A stretch of 63,545 nt of DNA, the filler included, from Thermodesulfobacteriota bacterium (lineage in GTDB: Bacteria; DASVDK01): the NCBI GenBank assembly GCA_036381125.1. It is 7 parts of 7 records of this genome, joined end to end, with 100 filler letters (N's around TTAATTAATTAA, not from the genome) between each part and the next. Parts side by side here need not be neighbours in the genome. Positions count along the whole stretch, not along the records: positions 43,842 to 48,793 come from DASVDK010000064.1; positions 48,894 to 57,494 come from DASVDK010000065.1; 5 more parts are not named here. The stretch is one strand, 5' to 3'. The stretch's first letter is position 1. Every line of letters begins with the position of its first letter. Of the stretch, positions 43,842-53,461 are shown piece by piece. The notes under the pieces were generated by a model. The model saw only the letters and a list, made by a program, of their open reading frames with translations. It was not told the DNA's origin and did not search any database. Position numbers and translations under genes: made by a program.

Positions 43842-44369
43842 GGTACGAGGCGGAGCAGGTCTTCGGCCCCTGGGGCCCGTCGGTGGTGCGGGAGCCGGCG
43901 AGCGTCTACGTCACGGCGCGCGGAGCGATCGCCTCGGCACGAACGCGAACTCGGTCCGGACCGAGTTGGTCCTCGAACGGCCGCCCGCCATAGACCGCGA
44001 GGGCGGCGGGACGATATGGGGCGCCATGCCGCCCCGCCGGCTCATAACAGGCTCAAGTGGGACCGGTGGCCGGCGGCGCCCCGGAGGGCCCGGGAGCCCG
44101 CGCACGTGATTCCGCACCATTGCTCTAAGAGCTGGCGGGCGTGTGTTTGGATCGGCCAGCCCCCGAGCAGCAAGGAGCGCCGATGGCCGACTGGGCAGCT
44201 TCGGTCACCGCAATCGCGACACCCATCCTTGCCGGTGTCGCGATCTTCCAGGACTGGATCGGTACGCTGATCGCGAGATCGCCTCGCACCGCGAGCATGA
44301 CGCCGCGCACCAGAAGCCGCGGAAGCCGCAAATGCTCCCCGCCTGCGGCCCTGTGCCGTCCGGAGCGCT

Positions 44370-45815
44370 CTAGAGGCCCATCGAGATGAACTTGGTCTCG
44401 AGGAAGGGCTCCATCCCCTCGCGGCCCCCCTCGCGGCCGATCCCGCTCTCCTTCCAGCCGCCGAAGGGCGCCTGCGGCACCGACGGCATCGCGTCGTTGG
44501 CGCCGACGATGCCGTACTCGAGCCGCTCGGCGACGCGCCAGACCCGCCCCACGTCGCGGCTGTAGAAGTAGGCCGCCAGCCCGTACGGCGTGTCGTTGGC
44601 CTTCCGGATGACCTCGTCCTCGGTGTCGAACGGCTCGATCGGCGCGACCGGCCCGAAGGTCTCCTCCTTCATGATCCGCATGGAGTCCTTGATGCCGGTG
44701 AGGACCGTCGGCTCGTAGAAGTACCCCTTCGCGAACGCGCCGTCGCGGCGGGGCTTGCCGCCGAGGAGCACCGCGGCGCCCTGCGCCACGGCGTCGGCCA
44801 CGTGGGCCTCGACCTTCTTGAAGCCCTGCTCGTCGATCAGGGGACCGACCTGGACGCCGTCGTCGAGCCCGTTGCCCATCTTGAGCCGGGCGACCCGCTC
44901 GGTGAACTTCCGGGTGAACGCGTCCACCACCGATCGGTGCACGTAGAGGCGGTTCGCGCAGACGCAGGTCTGCCCCATGTTGCGGAACTTGGTCGCGACC
45001 GCGCCGTCGGCCGCCGCGTCGAGGTCGGCGTCGTCGAAGACGATGAAGGGCGCGTGACCGCCCAGCTCGAGCGACACCTTCTTCACCTGGTCGGCCGCCT
45101 GCCGCATGAGGAGCTTGCCGACCTCGGTGGACCCGGTAAAGGTCACCTTGCGCACGGCCGGGTTCGACAGCAGCTCGGCGCCGACCTCGCGCGGGTCGCG
45201 CGACGTGACGATGTTGACGACGCCGGGCGGGAAGCCGGCCTCGAGGAAGACCCGGCCCAGGGCGAGCGCCGAGAGGGGCGTCTGCTCGGCCGGCTTGACG
45301 ACGACCGTACAGCCCGCCGCGAGCGCCGGCGCGATCTTGCGCGTGATCATGGCGCTCGGGAAGTTCCAGGGAGTGATGGCGGCGACGACGCCGACCGGCT
45401 GCCGGAGGACCACGAGCCGCTTCGTCGTGACCGAAGCCGGGATGGTCTCGCCGTAGACCCGCATCGCCTCGCCGGCGTACCACTCGAGGAAGCCGGCCGC
45501 GTAGGCGACCTCGCCGCGCGCCTCGGCCAGCGGCTTCCCCTGCTCCGTCGTCATGAGCCGCGCCAGCTCCTCCTTGCGCTCGAGCATGAGCTGGCACGCC
45601 TTCATGAGCGCGTCGGCTCGCGTCCTGGCGGTGGCCGTGGACCACCCGGGGAAGGCGCGGGCGGCCGCGTGGATGGCCTGGCGGGCCTCGGCCGCCCCCG
45701 CGTCGGCGACCTTTGCGATGACGTCGCCGGTCGCCGGGTTGGTCACCTCGAAGACGGCCTTCGATGCCGCCTCGACCCATTCGCCGCCGATGAGGAGCCG
45801 TTCCGTCTGCGCCAT
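44370..45815 (-). CDS. gabD: Succinate-semialdehyde dehydrogenase (NAD(P)+)
   Basis: TPWNFPSAMITRK, FTGSTEVGK, LELGGHAP, KFRNMGQTCVCAN, EETFGP, PFGGWKESG. Confidence 0.92.
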   Translation of the reverse strand: MAQTERLLIGGEWVEAASKAVFEVTNPATGDVIAKVADAGAAEARQAIHAAARAFPGWSTATARTRADALMKACQLMLERKEELARLMTTEQGKPLAEARGEVAYAAGFLEWYAGEAMRVYGETIPASVTTKRLVVLRQPVGVVAAITPWNFPSAMITRKIAPALAAGCTVVVKPAEQTPLSALALGRVFLEAGFPPGVVNIVTSRDPREVGAELLSNPAVRKVTFTGSTEVGKLLMRQAADQVKKVSLELGGHAPFIVFDDADLDAAADGAVATKFRNMGQTCVCANRLYVHRSVVDAFTRKFTERVARLKMGNGLDDGVQVGPLIDEQGFKKVEAHVADAVAQGAAVLLGGKPRRDGAFAKGYFYEPTVLTGIKDSMRIMKEETFGPVAPIEPFDTEDEVIRKANDTPYGLAAYFYSRDVGRVWRVAERLEYGIVGANDAMPSVPQAPFGGWKESGIGREGGREGMEPFLETKFISMGL

Positions 45816-46077
45816 GCCCTCGTTTGCCTCCGGTGCGCGGCGACGCGCATAAGCTGGCGTCGTCGCGTGACTTTGTGCGTGAAACCCACCGGGGAGTCTA
45901 CCGCGAACCGGGCGCCCCGGCCAGGCGGCGCGCGCCGGCCCTCGCAGCCGCTCGCCGCACGCGATGCCGATCGACCGGCCCGCGAACTCGCCGCCGAGAC
46001 GGGCGAGGCCATGCCATATCGTCTTCAAGGGCGACGAGGTCTCGAAGACCGACGTGGTGGACTGGAGATCGCCTGCC

Positions 46078-46800
46078 CTACCCGACGGCGTGGCCGTGGC
46101 GGATCAGGCGGGCGACGAGGAGGTCGACGAGGTTACGGGTCTGGGGCGGGAGCGAGACGAACTCGATCCCCATGCCCGGAGGCCGGCCGGGCGACGCAGC
46201 GGCGCGCGCGCCCGCCGGGTTCACCCAGACGACCCGGCCGGTGCCCTGGAACTCGCGCCGCGAGTTCGGCAACTGCAGGCGCAGGACCAGCGCGGTGCCC
46301 GGCGGGTACGTGCGCTCGCCCATCACGTAGAGGCCGGTACGGGAGAGGTTGTAGAGGTAGCCGGTCACGTCCGCCTGGCCGACGCCGTAGAGGAGCGGCA
46401 CGCGCACCGGGACGCGGGCGCTGTCGCGCGACTCGACCCCTCCGGCGCCGCCCGCGAGGTAGCTGCGCAGGCGGCGTCCGAGCCGGGCACGGGTGAAGGG
46501 ACGGCCGAGGGCCGCGTCGGCGCCGCAGGCGCGGGCGCGCGCCTGGGCCTCGGGCCCTTCGTCGCCGGTGACGAGAAGGATCGGCACCGCGTCGAACCCG
46601 GGCACCCCGCGCACCGTACGGCAGAGGCCGCCCAGGTCCTCGCACCGCTCGGAGAGGAGGACGAGACGCGCCCGGGCTTGCCGCAATGTGTCGCCGACGC
46701 GTTCGGGCGCGCAGGTCACCACCGGCAGCCCGAAGCGTGCGAGCGCCGCTTTCTCGAGTTCCTGCAACGGCTTCGACGCGTCGACCAGAAGGATGCTCAT
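46078..46800 (-). CDS. Pseudo-receiver + PilZ domain protein
   Basis: ILLVD..VPILLVT..GADAALGRP receiver-like region lacking the phospho-Asp and Lys; PilZ RDSAR..NLSRTG..GRVVW..GMGIEF. Confidence 0.8.
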   Translation of the reverse strand: MSILLVDASKPLQELEKAALARFGLPVVTCAPERVGDTLRQARARLVLLSERCEDLGGLCRTVRGVPGFDAVPILLVTGDEGPEAQARARACGADAALGRPFTRARLGRRLRSYLAGGAGGVESRDSARVPVRVPLLYGVGQADVTGYLYNLSRTGLYVMGERTYPPGTALVLRLQLPNSRREFQGTGRVVWVNPAGARAAASPGRPPGMGIEFVSLPPQTRNLVDLLVARLIRHGHAVG

Positions 46801-46870
46801 CCGGGTTCAGAGGCCTGTCTCGAGGTCCACGCCCTGCCGGCGTTCGAAGCAAGAAGCAGGCCGCACCCGG

Positions 46871-47209
46871 TCATCGCTGTCCGGCGATCCAGGCCCGAAT
46901 CCGCTCCCGATCCTTCGGCCGGAGGTTCATGAAGCGGACGCCCATGCCGAGGTGCTCCTGTCCCCAGACCACCTCGCCCAGCACGACGATGGGCAGCGCA
47001 TCGCCCGGCAGGTTGAAGCGGATGGAGATGAGGGTGCCGGGCGGCAGGGGGGACATCGTGTCGATGAAGAGGCCGTCGACCGACAGATCGGTGAGCCGCC
47101 GGGTGACGCTGGGGCTGTCGCTCGAGTACTCGATCTCCGCGACGAGGGCGACCCGCCTGGAGGCGCGGCGCTCGCGCTCGCCGCCTGGCCGTCCCGGTCC
47201 CTGGCTCAT
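46871..47209 (-). CDS. Single-domain PilZ protein
   Basis: ERRASRR, DLSVDGLFI, GEVVW, GMGVRF; GGAGG RBS; ATGA overlap. Confidence 0.88.
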   Translation of the reverse strand: MSQGPGRPGGERERRASRRVALVAEIEYSSDSPSVTRRLTDLSVDGLFIDTMSPLPPGTLISIRFNLPGDALPIVVLGEVVWGQEHLGMGVRFMNLRPKDRERIRAWIAGQR

Positions 47210-48099
47210 GCGCTGCCTCCCTCCGCGCGGGGCCTTCGCCCTCGCGGTTCCGTGGGGTCGACCGGCCCGGCACGCTTCCGGGACCGGCGTTGCGTGGTCA
47301 GGCGTCGCAGGTCGCCCCAGCTCGCGATCCCCTCGTCCGCGCACTGCTCGAGGAAGCGGGTCAAGACGAGAGCGGTGACCTCGGCGTCGCCGAGGGCGCG
47401 GTGCCGCCCGTCGAAGGCGAAGCCGTAGTAGTCCGCGACCGTGTCGAGGTTCATGCGCGGCACGGCGTCGGCCAGGAGCCGGCGTCCGAGCCGCACCGTG
47501 CAGAGCGTCGGCCGCTCGAGCGGGCGCCCCGTGGCGGCGCTGAGCTCGGCGTCGAGGAATCGTCCGTCGAAGGCCGCGTTGTGCGCCACGACCACCGAGT
47601 CGCCCACGAAGGCCCGCACGTCGCCCGCGACCGCGGCGAAGGGCGGCGCGCCTTCCACCATCTCGTCGTCGATGCCGGTCAGCCGCGTGACGAACGGCGG
47701 GATCGGCCGGCCCGGGTGGACGAAGCTCTGGAACCGCTCGGCGATCCGGCCCCCTGCGACGCGGACCGCGCCGATCTCGATGACCCGGTCGACCCCCGCG
47801 CGGCAACCGGTGGTCTCGAGGTCGACGACGGTGAACGTGAGGGCGTCGAGCGCGGTGTCGGCGGGCGGATCGTACGGACCGCCGCCGGCCACCGGCGGCA
47901 CGGCGAGCCGCCAGCGATCGGGGGGGTCGAGACGGAACCGCGCGTCGCTCTCGAGGAGGCGGCGCACCTCGAGGCTCACGGCCGCCAGGAGCGACTCGCC
48001 GCCGCTCGGCTCCGCCAGCCTGAGGGCCCGCCGCGCGAGTTCGGTCTGCGAGAGCCCGTCGGGCGCCGCGGCCAGGAGTCCGTACAGGGACGCCAGCAT
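47206..48099 (-). CDS. DEDDh 3'-5' exonuclease (DnaQ/epsilon-like) with N-terminal extension
   Basis: VVDLETTG, VAHNAAFD, HRALGDA. Confidence 0.9.
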   Translation of the reverse strand: MLASLYGLLAAAPDGLSQTELARRALRLAEPSGGESLLAAVSLEVRRLLESDARFRLDPPDRWRLAVPPVAGGGPYDPPADTALDALTFTVVDLETTGCRAGVDRVIEIGAVRVAGGRIAERFQSFVHPGRPIPPFVTRLTGIDDEMVEGAPPFAAVAGDVRAFVGDSVVVAHNAAFDGRFLDAELSAATGRPLERPTLCTVRLGRRLLADAVPRMNLDTVADYYGFAFDGRHRALGDAEVTALVLTRFLEQCADEGIASWGDLRRLTTQRRSRKRAGPVDPTEPRGRRPRAEGGSA

Positions 48100-48107
48100 C
48101 CGCGCGG

Positions 48108-48137
48108 ATTCTCGCCCAAGGCCACGGGGGCTGTCAA
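48108..48137 (-). promoter_or_regulatory. sigma70 promoter, probably leaderless, of the exonuclease-PilZ operon
   Basis: TTGACA-18 nt-GAGAAT-8 nt-ATG; no SD sequence. Confidence 0.6.
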
Positions 48138-48158
48138 CGATCTGCACGGCCGGGCGGC

Positions 48159-48793
48159 CTACTCCTCGCCCGCGACCGCCCGATAGCCCGCGAGGCAGGC
48201 CTCCACCGCGACGTCGGCGGCCTCGCCCATCCGGTCCCGCACCGCCCGGACGACCGACTCGCGGTCGACCACGTGCGTGAGCGCCGTGATCGCCCCGAGC
48301 GCCACCAGCGCCTCGGCGGCCGGCGGCGGCGGCTCCGGCGCCGCCCCTTCCGCGCCGAGGCGGGCCAGGTCGAGCGTGACGACCCGCTTCGCCAGGGCCG
48401 ACAGCTCCTGCGCGAGCGCCTCGGCGTCCGGGTATCGGGTTCGGCCGAGCTTGGCATCGAGCGTCGGCCAGGCATGGACCGGCACGATCGCGGCCCCGCC
48501 CGGGGCGAGGTAGCGCGCGAGCCGCCGCGCCTCCCCGGTCTCGAGGCCGACCAGGAGCCCGGCGGACGCGCGCGGCACCTTGGGGCTCGCCGCCGGCCCG
48601 ATGCGCACGTGGGCCCGGACGCCGCCGTGGAGCCTGGCCTCGCTCAGGTCGAGCCAGTACTGCACGGTGTAGCCCTCGAGGCGGGCCGCCGCGGCCACCA
48701 CCTCGGCCAGCAGCGGCACGTGCTGGCTCGCGAGCCCGCCGGCGACGAGGTCCCACTGCGGGTCGGCCGCCGCGCGCGCGGCGGCCGGCGCGG
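48159..48793 (-). CDS. IorB / 2-oxoacid oxidoreductase gamma-like domain, divergent (5' end cut)
   Basis: WDLVAGGLASQHVPLLAEVVAAAARLEGY..HGGVRAHVRIG..SPKVP..LLVGLETGEARR. Confidence 0.6.
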
Positions 48794-48893
48794 NNNNNNN
48801 NNNNNNNNNNNNNNNNNNNNNNNNNNNNNNNNNNNNNTTAATTAATTAANNNNNNNNNNNNNNNNNNNNNNNNNNNNNNNNNNNNNNNNNNNN
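48794..48893. other. Assembly linker
   Basis: N44-TTAATTAATTAA-N44. Confidence 0.99.
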
Positions 48894-49429
48894 ACTACCT
48901 GTTCCTGATCGAGTACTCCAGGCTCTTCGCGCTCGGCGCCGCCCGCGCGCCGGACCTCGCGACGATGACACGCATGTCCGACCTGCTCCACGCGACGCTG
49001 GTCACGGAGATGGACCTGCACCGGGGCTACGCGGCGGAGTTCGGCATCACGCCGGAGGCGCTCGAGGCCGAGCGGATGGCGCCCACGACGCAGGGCTACA
49101 CCGACTTCCTGCTCCGGACGGCGACCGTCGGCGACTACCTGGAGCTGGTCGCCGCCCTGCTGCCCTGCACGTGGGGGTTCCACGAGATCGGCGAGCGGCT
49201 GGCCGCGCGCGGGCGCCCGGCCGATTCCCGCTACGCGAAGTGGATCGACATGTACGCGTCGCCGGAGTTCGGCGCGCTGGCGGACTGGTGCCGCGGCCTC
49301 CTCGACCGGCTGGGCGCCGGGCAGCCGGAAGCGGAGCTGGCCCGGGCGGAGGCCGCGTTCGTGACCTCGAGCCGCTACGAGCTGGCCTTCTGGGAGATGG
49401 CCTACCGGCTCGAGCGCTGGCCGACGTGA
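48894..49429 (+). CDS. tenA: Thiaminase II / TenA (5' end cut)
   Basis: YLFLIEYSR, EMDLH, ALLPCTWGF (catalytic Cys), YAKWIDMY, SSRYELAFWEMA. Confidence 0.92.
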
Positions 49430-49483
49430 CCCCCGGCCGGGGCGTTCCGGCTGGTCGCGCAACCGGCCTCTGCAGGCGGGCCC

Positions 49484-49660
49484 TCAGGACCGCCGCTCCT
49501 CGCGGGGAGACTGCCGGCCCTGGACGGCGCGGACGACGCCGACGATCGCGATGACCAGGAGCACTGCGGGCAGCACCCAGAAGGCGAGCGGCACCGCGAG
49601 CGTGAACAGCGCGACGGCGACCACGGCGGCCACGACCAGTGCGAGGACCCAGTACGGCAT
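49484..49660 (-). CDS. Small 2-TM membrane protein
   Basis: 58 aa with two hydrophobic helices and a basic tail. Confidence 0.55.
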   Translation of the reverse strand: MPYWVLALVVAAVVAVALFTLAVPLAFWVLPAVLLVIAIVGVVRAVQGRQSPREERRS

Positions 49661-49785
49661 GGCGGGCCGGGGTGCAAGGCGCATGCGCCCGCGCGGCCAC
49701 CTGGCGGGCGCAGCCGATACTGTCAATTGGTCGTTGGGCGAGGTACCGTCTTGTCGAGGACGTGGCCCTGGGGAGGGTGGCAACC

Positions 49786-50253
49786 GTGGCCCGTTTGACG
49801 AAGCGACACTTCGAGATGCTCGCCGAGGTCCGTTACGCGCTGCGGCGATTCCTCCGGTTCGGGGAGGACGCCGCGCGAAAGGCCGGCCTGACGCCGCAGC
49901 AGCACCAGTTGCTCCTCGCGGTCAAGGGCTTTCCCGGGCGCGACTGGGCGACGGTGGGCGAGGTGGCCGAGCGCCTCCAGTTGCGACATCACAGCGCCGT
50001 CGGCCTCGTCGACCGCGCGGAGCAGCTCGGCCTCATCCACCGCAAGCCCGACCCGGACGATCGCCGGGTCGTCAGGATCTCGCTCACCGCAGCGGGCGAC
50101 CGCGCCCTCGCGCGCCTCACCGGGCTGCACGTGGTGGAGCTGAAGCTCCTCGGGCCGAAGCTGGCCCTCGTGGCCAACCTGGCCGCGCCGCGCGGCGCCC
50201 CGGCAAGGCGGACGCGCGTCGCGTCCAAGGGGAGGCGCCGGGCCGCCCGCTAG
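49786..50253 (+). CDS. MarR-family winged-helix regulator
   Basis: RYALRRFLRF..GLTPQQHQLLL..TVGEVAERL..HHSAVGLVDR..DDRRVVRISLT; GGAGG RBS. Confidence 0.9.
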   Translation: MARLTKRHFEMLAEVRYALRRFLRFGEDAARKAGLTPQQHQLLLAVKGFPGRDWATVGEVAERLQLRHHSAVGLVDRAEQLGLIHRKPDPDDRRVVRISLTAAGDRALARLTGLHVVELKLLGPKLALVANLAAPRGAPARRTRVASKGRRRAAR

Positions 50254-50256
50254 AAT

Positions 50257-50279
50257 GGGGTCAGGCCTTTCCATTTTCC
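50257..50279. repeat. Solo copy of the GGGGTCAGGYCT-N5-TTTTCC repeat
   Basis: GGGGTCAGGCCTTTCCATTTTCC, 3 nt after the MarR stop codon. Confidence 0.85.
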
Positions 50280-50435
50280 ACGCCCCTCGGCCCGGCCCGC
50301 CGTGCGGTGCCGCTCGACTCGGTCCGGACCGGGCTGGACCTCGGCCGGCCGCCCGCCGGAGCGCCGGCAGAGCGGTCCATGGGCGGCACGCGGGGACGGG
50401 CGCGGACCCTGCCGACGCGCCGGGCGACGCGCGCG

Positions 50436-50906
50436 TTACGGCCTGAGCCCCACCGACGCGAACGCCCGGTCCATCGCGTCCTCCACGTCGACGAGCGACT
50501 CGGTGAAGACGAGCTGGGCGCATCCGCACGCCGGGCAGGTCGCCGCGGGCGCCGTGAGCGTCACCTCCACGGGGGCGAAGGCCGGCCAGTCGGGCTGGGC
50601 GTGGACGAGGCCGGTCGCCGTGTGCGGCCGGCGGACCGGGTCGGTGAGCGGCGCCCGACAGGCCACGCAGGTGTGCCGGGTCTTGAGGAGCCCCACGGTG
50701 TCGGCCACCGGGATCGCCGCGCCCGCCCAGATGGCCCCCGACAGCGCCGCCGCGAACTCCGGCCAGTAGTAGACCCGCTCGTGCCCTGCCGGGCAGGCGA
50801 GACAGGGCATGCCCTTCAACTCGATCCGCGCCGAGGCCGCGGCGCCCCGCGCTTCGGTGATCGTGGAGGCCCTGAGCCGTGCTCGACAGACGTGACAGGT
50901 TCGCAT
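50436..50906 (-). CDS. Tandem zinc-ribbon (YgiT/MqsA-like) hypothetical protein
   Basis: CHVC, CPAGH, CVAC, CPAC arranged as two repeats. Confidence 0.6.
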   Translation of the reverse strand: MRTCHVCRARLRASTITEARGAAASARIELKGMPCLACPAGHERVYYWPEFAAALSGAIWAGAAIPVADTVGLLKTRHTCVACRAPLTDPVRRPHTATGLVHAQPDWPAFAPVEVTLTAPAATCPACGCAQLVFTESLVDVEDAMDRAFASVGLRP

Positions 50907-50954
50907 GCGGGGGTCTCCGCGGCCAGTGAACGCAGCCCGCTGGCGCGTCCGGCG

Positions 50955-52784
50955 TCAGGGTAGCGGCGGGGGGGGGTCGCCGCAAGGCGGGGGCGCCTCC
51001 AGCACGTCGCGCACCTTCCGCACGAGCGCCTCGCCGGTGAAGGGCTTGGCGATGAAGGCCTCCTGGGCGTCGATCCGCACCCGGTCGAGCACGGCGCTCT
51101 CCGCGTAGCCCGACGTGAAGAGCACCCGGATCCCGGGGTGAGCGGCCGAGACGCGCGCCGCGACCTCGGGGCCCGTTCCGCGGGGCATCACGACGTCGGC
51201 GAGGAGGAGGTCGAGCGGCGCCTCGCGGCGCGTCGCGATGGCCAGCGCCTGCTCGCCGTCGGCCGCGACGAGGACCGTGTAGCCCGCCTGCTCGAGGACG
51301 CGCCTGGCGATGTCGCGCACCGCCTCGTCGTCCTCGACGAGGAGGATCGCCCCCCGCCCGCCCGCCGGTCGCGGCGGCGGCGCGTCCGGCACCCGCCCCT
51401 GCGGCGGGCGAGATACCCGACCTCGCGGGCGAGACGCCCGGCCGCACGGCTCGTCCACGGACGGCAGGTAGATCGTGAAGGCGGCGCCGTGACCCGGCTC
51501 GCTGTCCACCCAGACGTACCCGCCGCTCTGCTTCACGATGCCGTACACCGTCGCCAGACCGAGCCCGGTCCCCTTGCCCGGCGCCTTGGTGGTGAAGAAC
51601 GGCTCGAACACGTTCGCACGCGTGTGGGCGTCCATCCCGCCGCCGGTGTCCGAGACGGTCATGCGCGTGTAGCGGCCCGGGCGCATCACGCCGTGCCGCT
51701 CCGCGCCGGCTTCCTGGACCTCCGCGTTGGCCGTCTCGATGGTGAGCGTTCCGCCCGCCGGCATCGCGTCGCGCGCGTTGAGCGCCAGGTTCATGAGCAC
51801 CTGCTCGAGCTGCCCCGGATCGGCCCTGACCGGCCGGAGCGCGGGGGCGGTCGAGGTCGCCAGCCGGATGTCCTCCCCGATGACCCGGCGCAGCATCTGC
51901 TCCATGCCGGTCACGACGGCGGTGAGGTCGAGGACGCGCGGCTCCAGGACCTGCTGGCGGCTGAAGGCGAGGAGCTGCCGCGTGAGCGAGGCGGCTCGCA
52001 CGCCGGCCCGCCTGATCTCCTCGAGGTCGTTGCGGAGCCGGTCCCCCTGGGGAACGCGCGCGAGCGCCAGCTCGGCGAAGCCGGTCACGGCCGTCATGAG
52101 GTTGTTGAAGTCGTGCGCGATCCCGCCGGCGAGACGGCCGACCGCCTCGAGCTTCTGGGCCTGGCGGACCTGCGCCTCGAGACGCCTCTGCTCGCTCGTG
52201 TCCTGGAAGGTGACGACCTTCCCCACGACGCGGCCGTCCTCGAGCAGCGGCGTCGCGGTGTAGGCGATCGGGAAGGGGGTCCCGTCCCGCCGCCAGAACT
52301 GCTCGTCGTCGCCGCGGCGCACGACCCCGTCGCGGACCGCGTGGTACATCGGGCAGAGCGCTCGCGGGTAGGGGCTGCCGTCCTGCCGGGTGTGGTGGAT
52401 CAGCTCGTGCTGCGCTCGGCCGATCAGCTCCTCGGGCGTCCAGCCGAGCATCCGGGCGGCGGCCGGGTTCACGAAGGTGAAGCGCCCCTCGAGGTCGACG
52501 CCGAAGATCCCTTCGCCGGCCGAGTTGAGGATCAGCTCGTGCTGCCGCCGCAGGCGCTCGAGCGCCGCCGCGGCCCCGCCCGACCGCGGCTCGGCCGGCC
52601 GGGCCAGCGCGGAGGCCAGGAGGAGCCCGACCGCCACGCCGAGGACGAGCGCAAGGCCGAGTGCGGCCTGCACGATCGACAGCGCGACGGCGGCCAGCCC
52701 GACGGCGGCCAGCGTGACGACGAGCCCGGCGAGGAGTTGCAGGCGGCGTCGCGGGCATGCGGGCGGAGGGGGGGCAGTCGCCAC
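50955..52784 (-). CDS. Hybrid PAS histidine kinase / receiver (CckA-like)
   Basis: 2 TM, PAS, GGIAHDFNNL, NARDAMP, FFTTK..GTGLGL, C-terminal receiver. Confidence 0.93.
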   Translation of the reverse strand: MATAPPPPACPRRRLQLLAGLVVTLAAVGLAAVALSIVQAALGLALVLGVAVGLLLASALARPAEPRSGGAAAALERLRRQHELILNSAGEGIFGVDLEGRFTFVNPAAARMLGWTPEELIGRAQHELIHHTRQDGSPYPRALCPMYHAVRDGVVRRGDDEQFWRRDGTPFPIAYTATPLLEDGRVVGKVVTFQDTSEQRRLEAQVRQAQKLEAVGRLAGGIAHDFNNLMTAVTGFAELALARVPQGDRLRNDLEEIRRAGVRAASLTRQLLAFSRQQVLEPRVLDLTAVVTGMEQMLRRVIGEDIRLATSTAPALRPVRADPGQLEQVLMNLALNARDAMPAGGTLTIETANAEVQEAGAERHGVMRPGRYTRMTVSDTGGGMDAHTRANVFEPFFTTKAPGKGTGLGLATVYGIVKQSGGYVWVDSEPGHGAAFTIYLPSVDEPCGRASRPRGRVSRPPQGRVPDAPPPRPAGGRGAILLVEDDEAVRDIARRVLEQAGYTVLVAADGEQALAIATRREAPLDLLLADVVMPRGTGPEVAARVSAAHPGIRVLFTSGYAESAVLDRVRIDAQEAFIAKPFTGEALVRKVRDVLEAPPPCGDPPPPLP

Positions 52785-52930
52785 GGGGCACCTCGCCGTC
52801 GGGGTCCGGTTTCGCGGTCGCCGGACGCAACGGCCGCGAGAGGTCGGCTACCGGTTATACGTGGCTTTCGGGGCCGCGACAACAGGAACGTTCGGGGCGG
52901 GGAGGTGGAACCGCGCGACCCCGTCGGGCT

Positions 52931-53437
52931 CTAGGACTTGGCCTCGTCGGGGCGCTTCCGGCGGAGGTGGTAGCGGAAGTCGCAGAAGGGCGCGCCCTCC
53001 ATGATCGTCTGCGTCCGGGTCAGCTCGATGTCGGGGCTGAAGCCCTCGACGAGGGCGGCGTCGCGATTGCACGAGAGGTAGCGGCCGAGTTCCGGGATGC
53101 CGAGGCGCCGGTACATCTCCGCGTACCGGCAGCGGCGCACGTTGAAGGCGACGGCGCGGTCGGACTTCTCGAGCCACTCGAGTTCGAGGGCGCCGCCTCG
53201 CGTCCAGGGCTCCCAGATCTCCCCGAGCGCCCGCATGGTCCCGCCGCCGGCTTCCTGCGCGAGCCGCGCGCCGTGCTCGCGCGCGAGCCCTTCGATGACC
53301 TCGGCCAGGATCGGCAGGACGGCCTCGTCGCCGAAGCGCTCGCGGAACGCCCGCACCAGCGGCGCGATGACGCCCGCCTCGATCTCGCGCCTGGCGAGGA
53401 TGCCGAGGGCGGCGACTTCCGGGTTCGTGTCCGCCAT
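52931..53437 (-). CDS. L-2-amino-thiazoline-4-carboxylate hydrolase family protein
   Basis: RREIEA, FNVRRCRYAEMY..LSCNRD..LTRTQTIMEGAPFCDFRY. Confidence 0.85.
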   Translation of the reverse strand: MADTNPEVAALGILARREIEAGVIAPLVRAFRERFGDEAVLPILAEVIEGLAREHGARLAQEAGGGTMRALGEIWEPWTRGGALELEWLEKSDRAVAFNVRRCRYAEMYRRLGIPELGRYLSCNRDAALVEGFSPDIELTRTQTIMEGAPFCDFRYHLRRKRPDEAKS

Positions 53438-53461
53438 GGCAACGATGATACCATGCGGCGC
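53438..53461. promoter_or_regulatory. Bidirectional leaderless extended -10 promoter
   Basis: + strand TG-A-TACCAT-7 nt-ATG; - strand TG-G-TATCAT-7 nt-ATG; the two -10 boxes overlap. Confidence 0.65.

Noticed and set aside
43842-44373. Short ORFs at the block start (YEAEQVFGPW... and MADWAASVTAIAT...)
   Set aside because: Too short or truncated to assign; the second may be a membrane-protein remnant but cannot be supported
45995-46020. sigma54-like TGGCATGGCCTCGC upstream of gabD
   Set aside because: GG-to-GC spacing is 9 rather than the required 10
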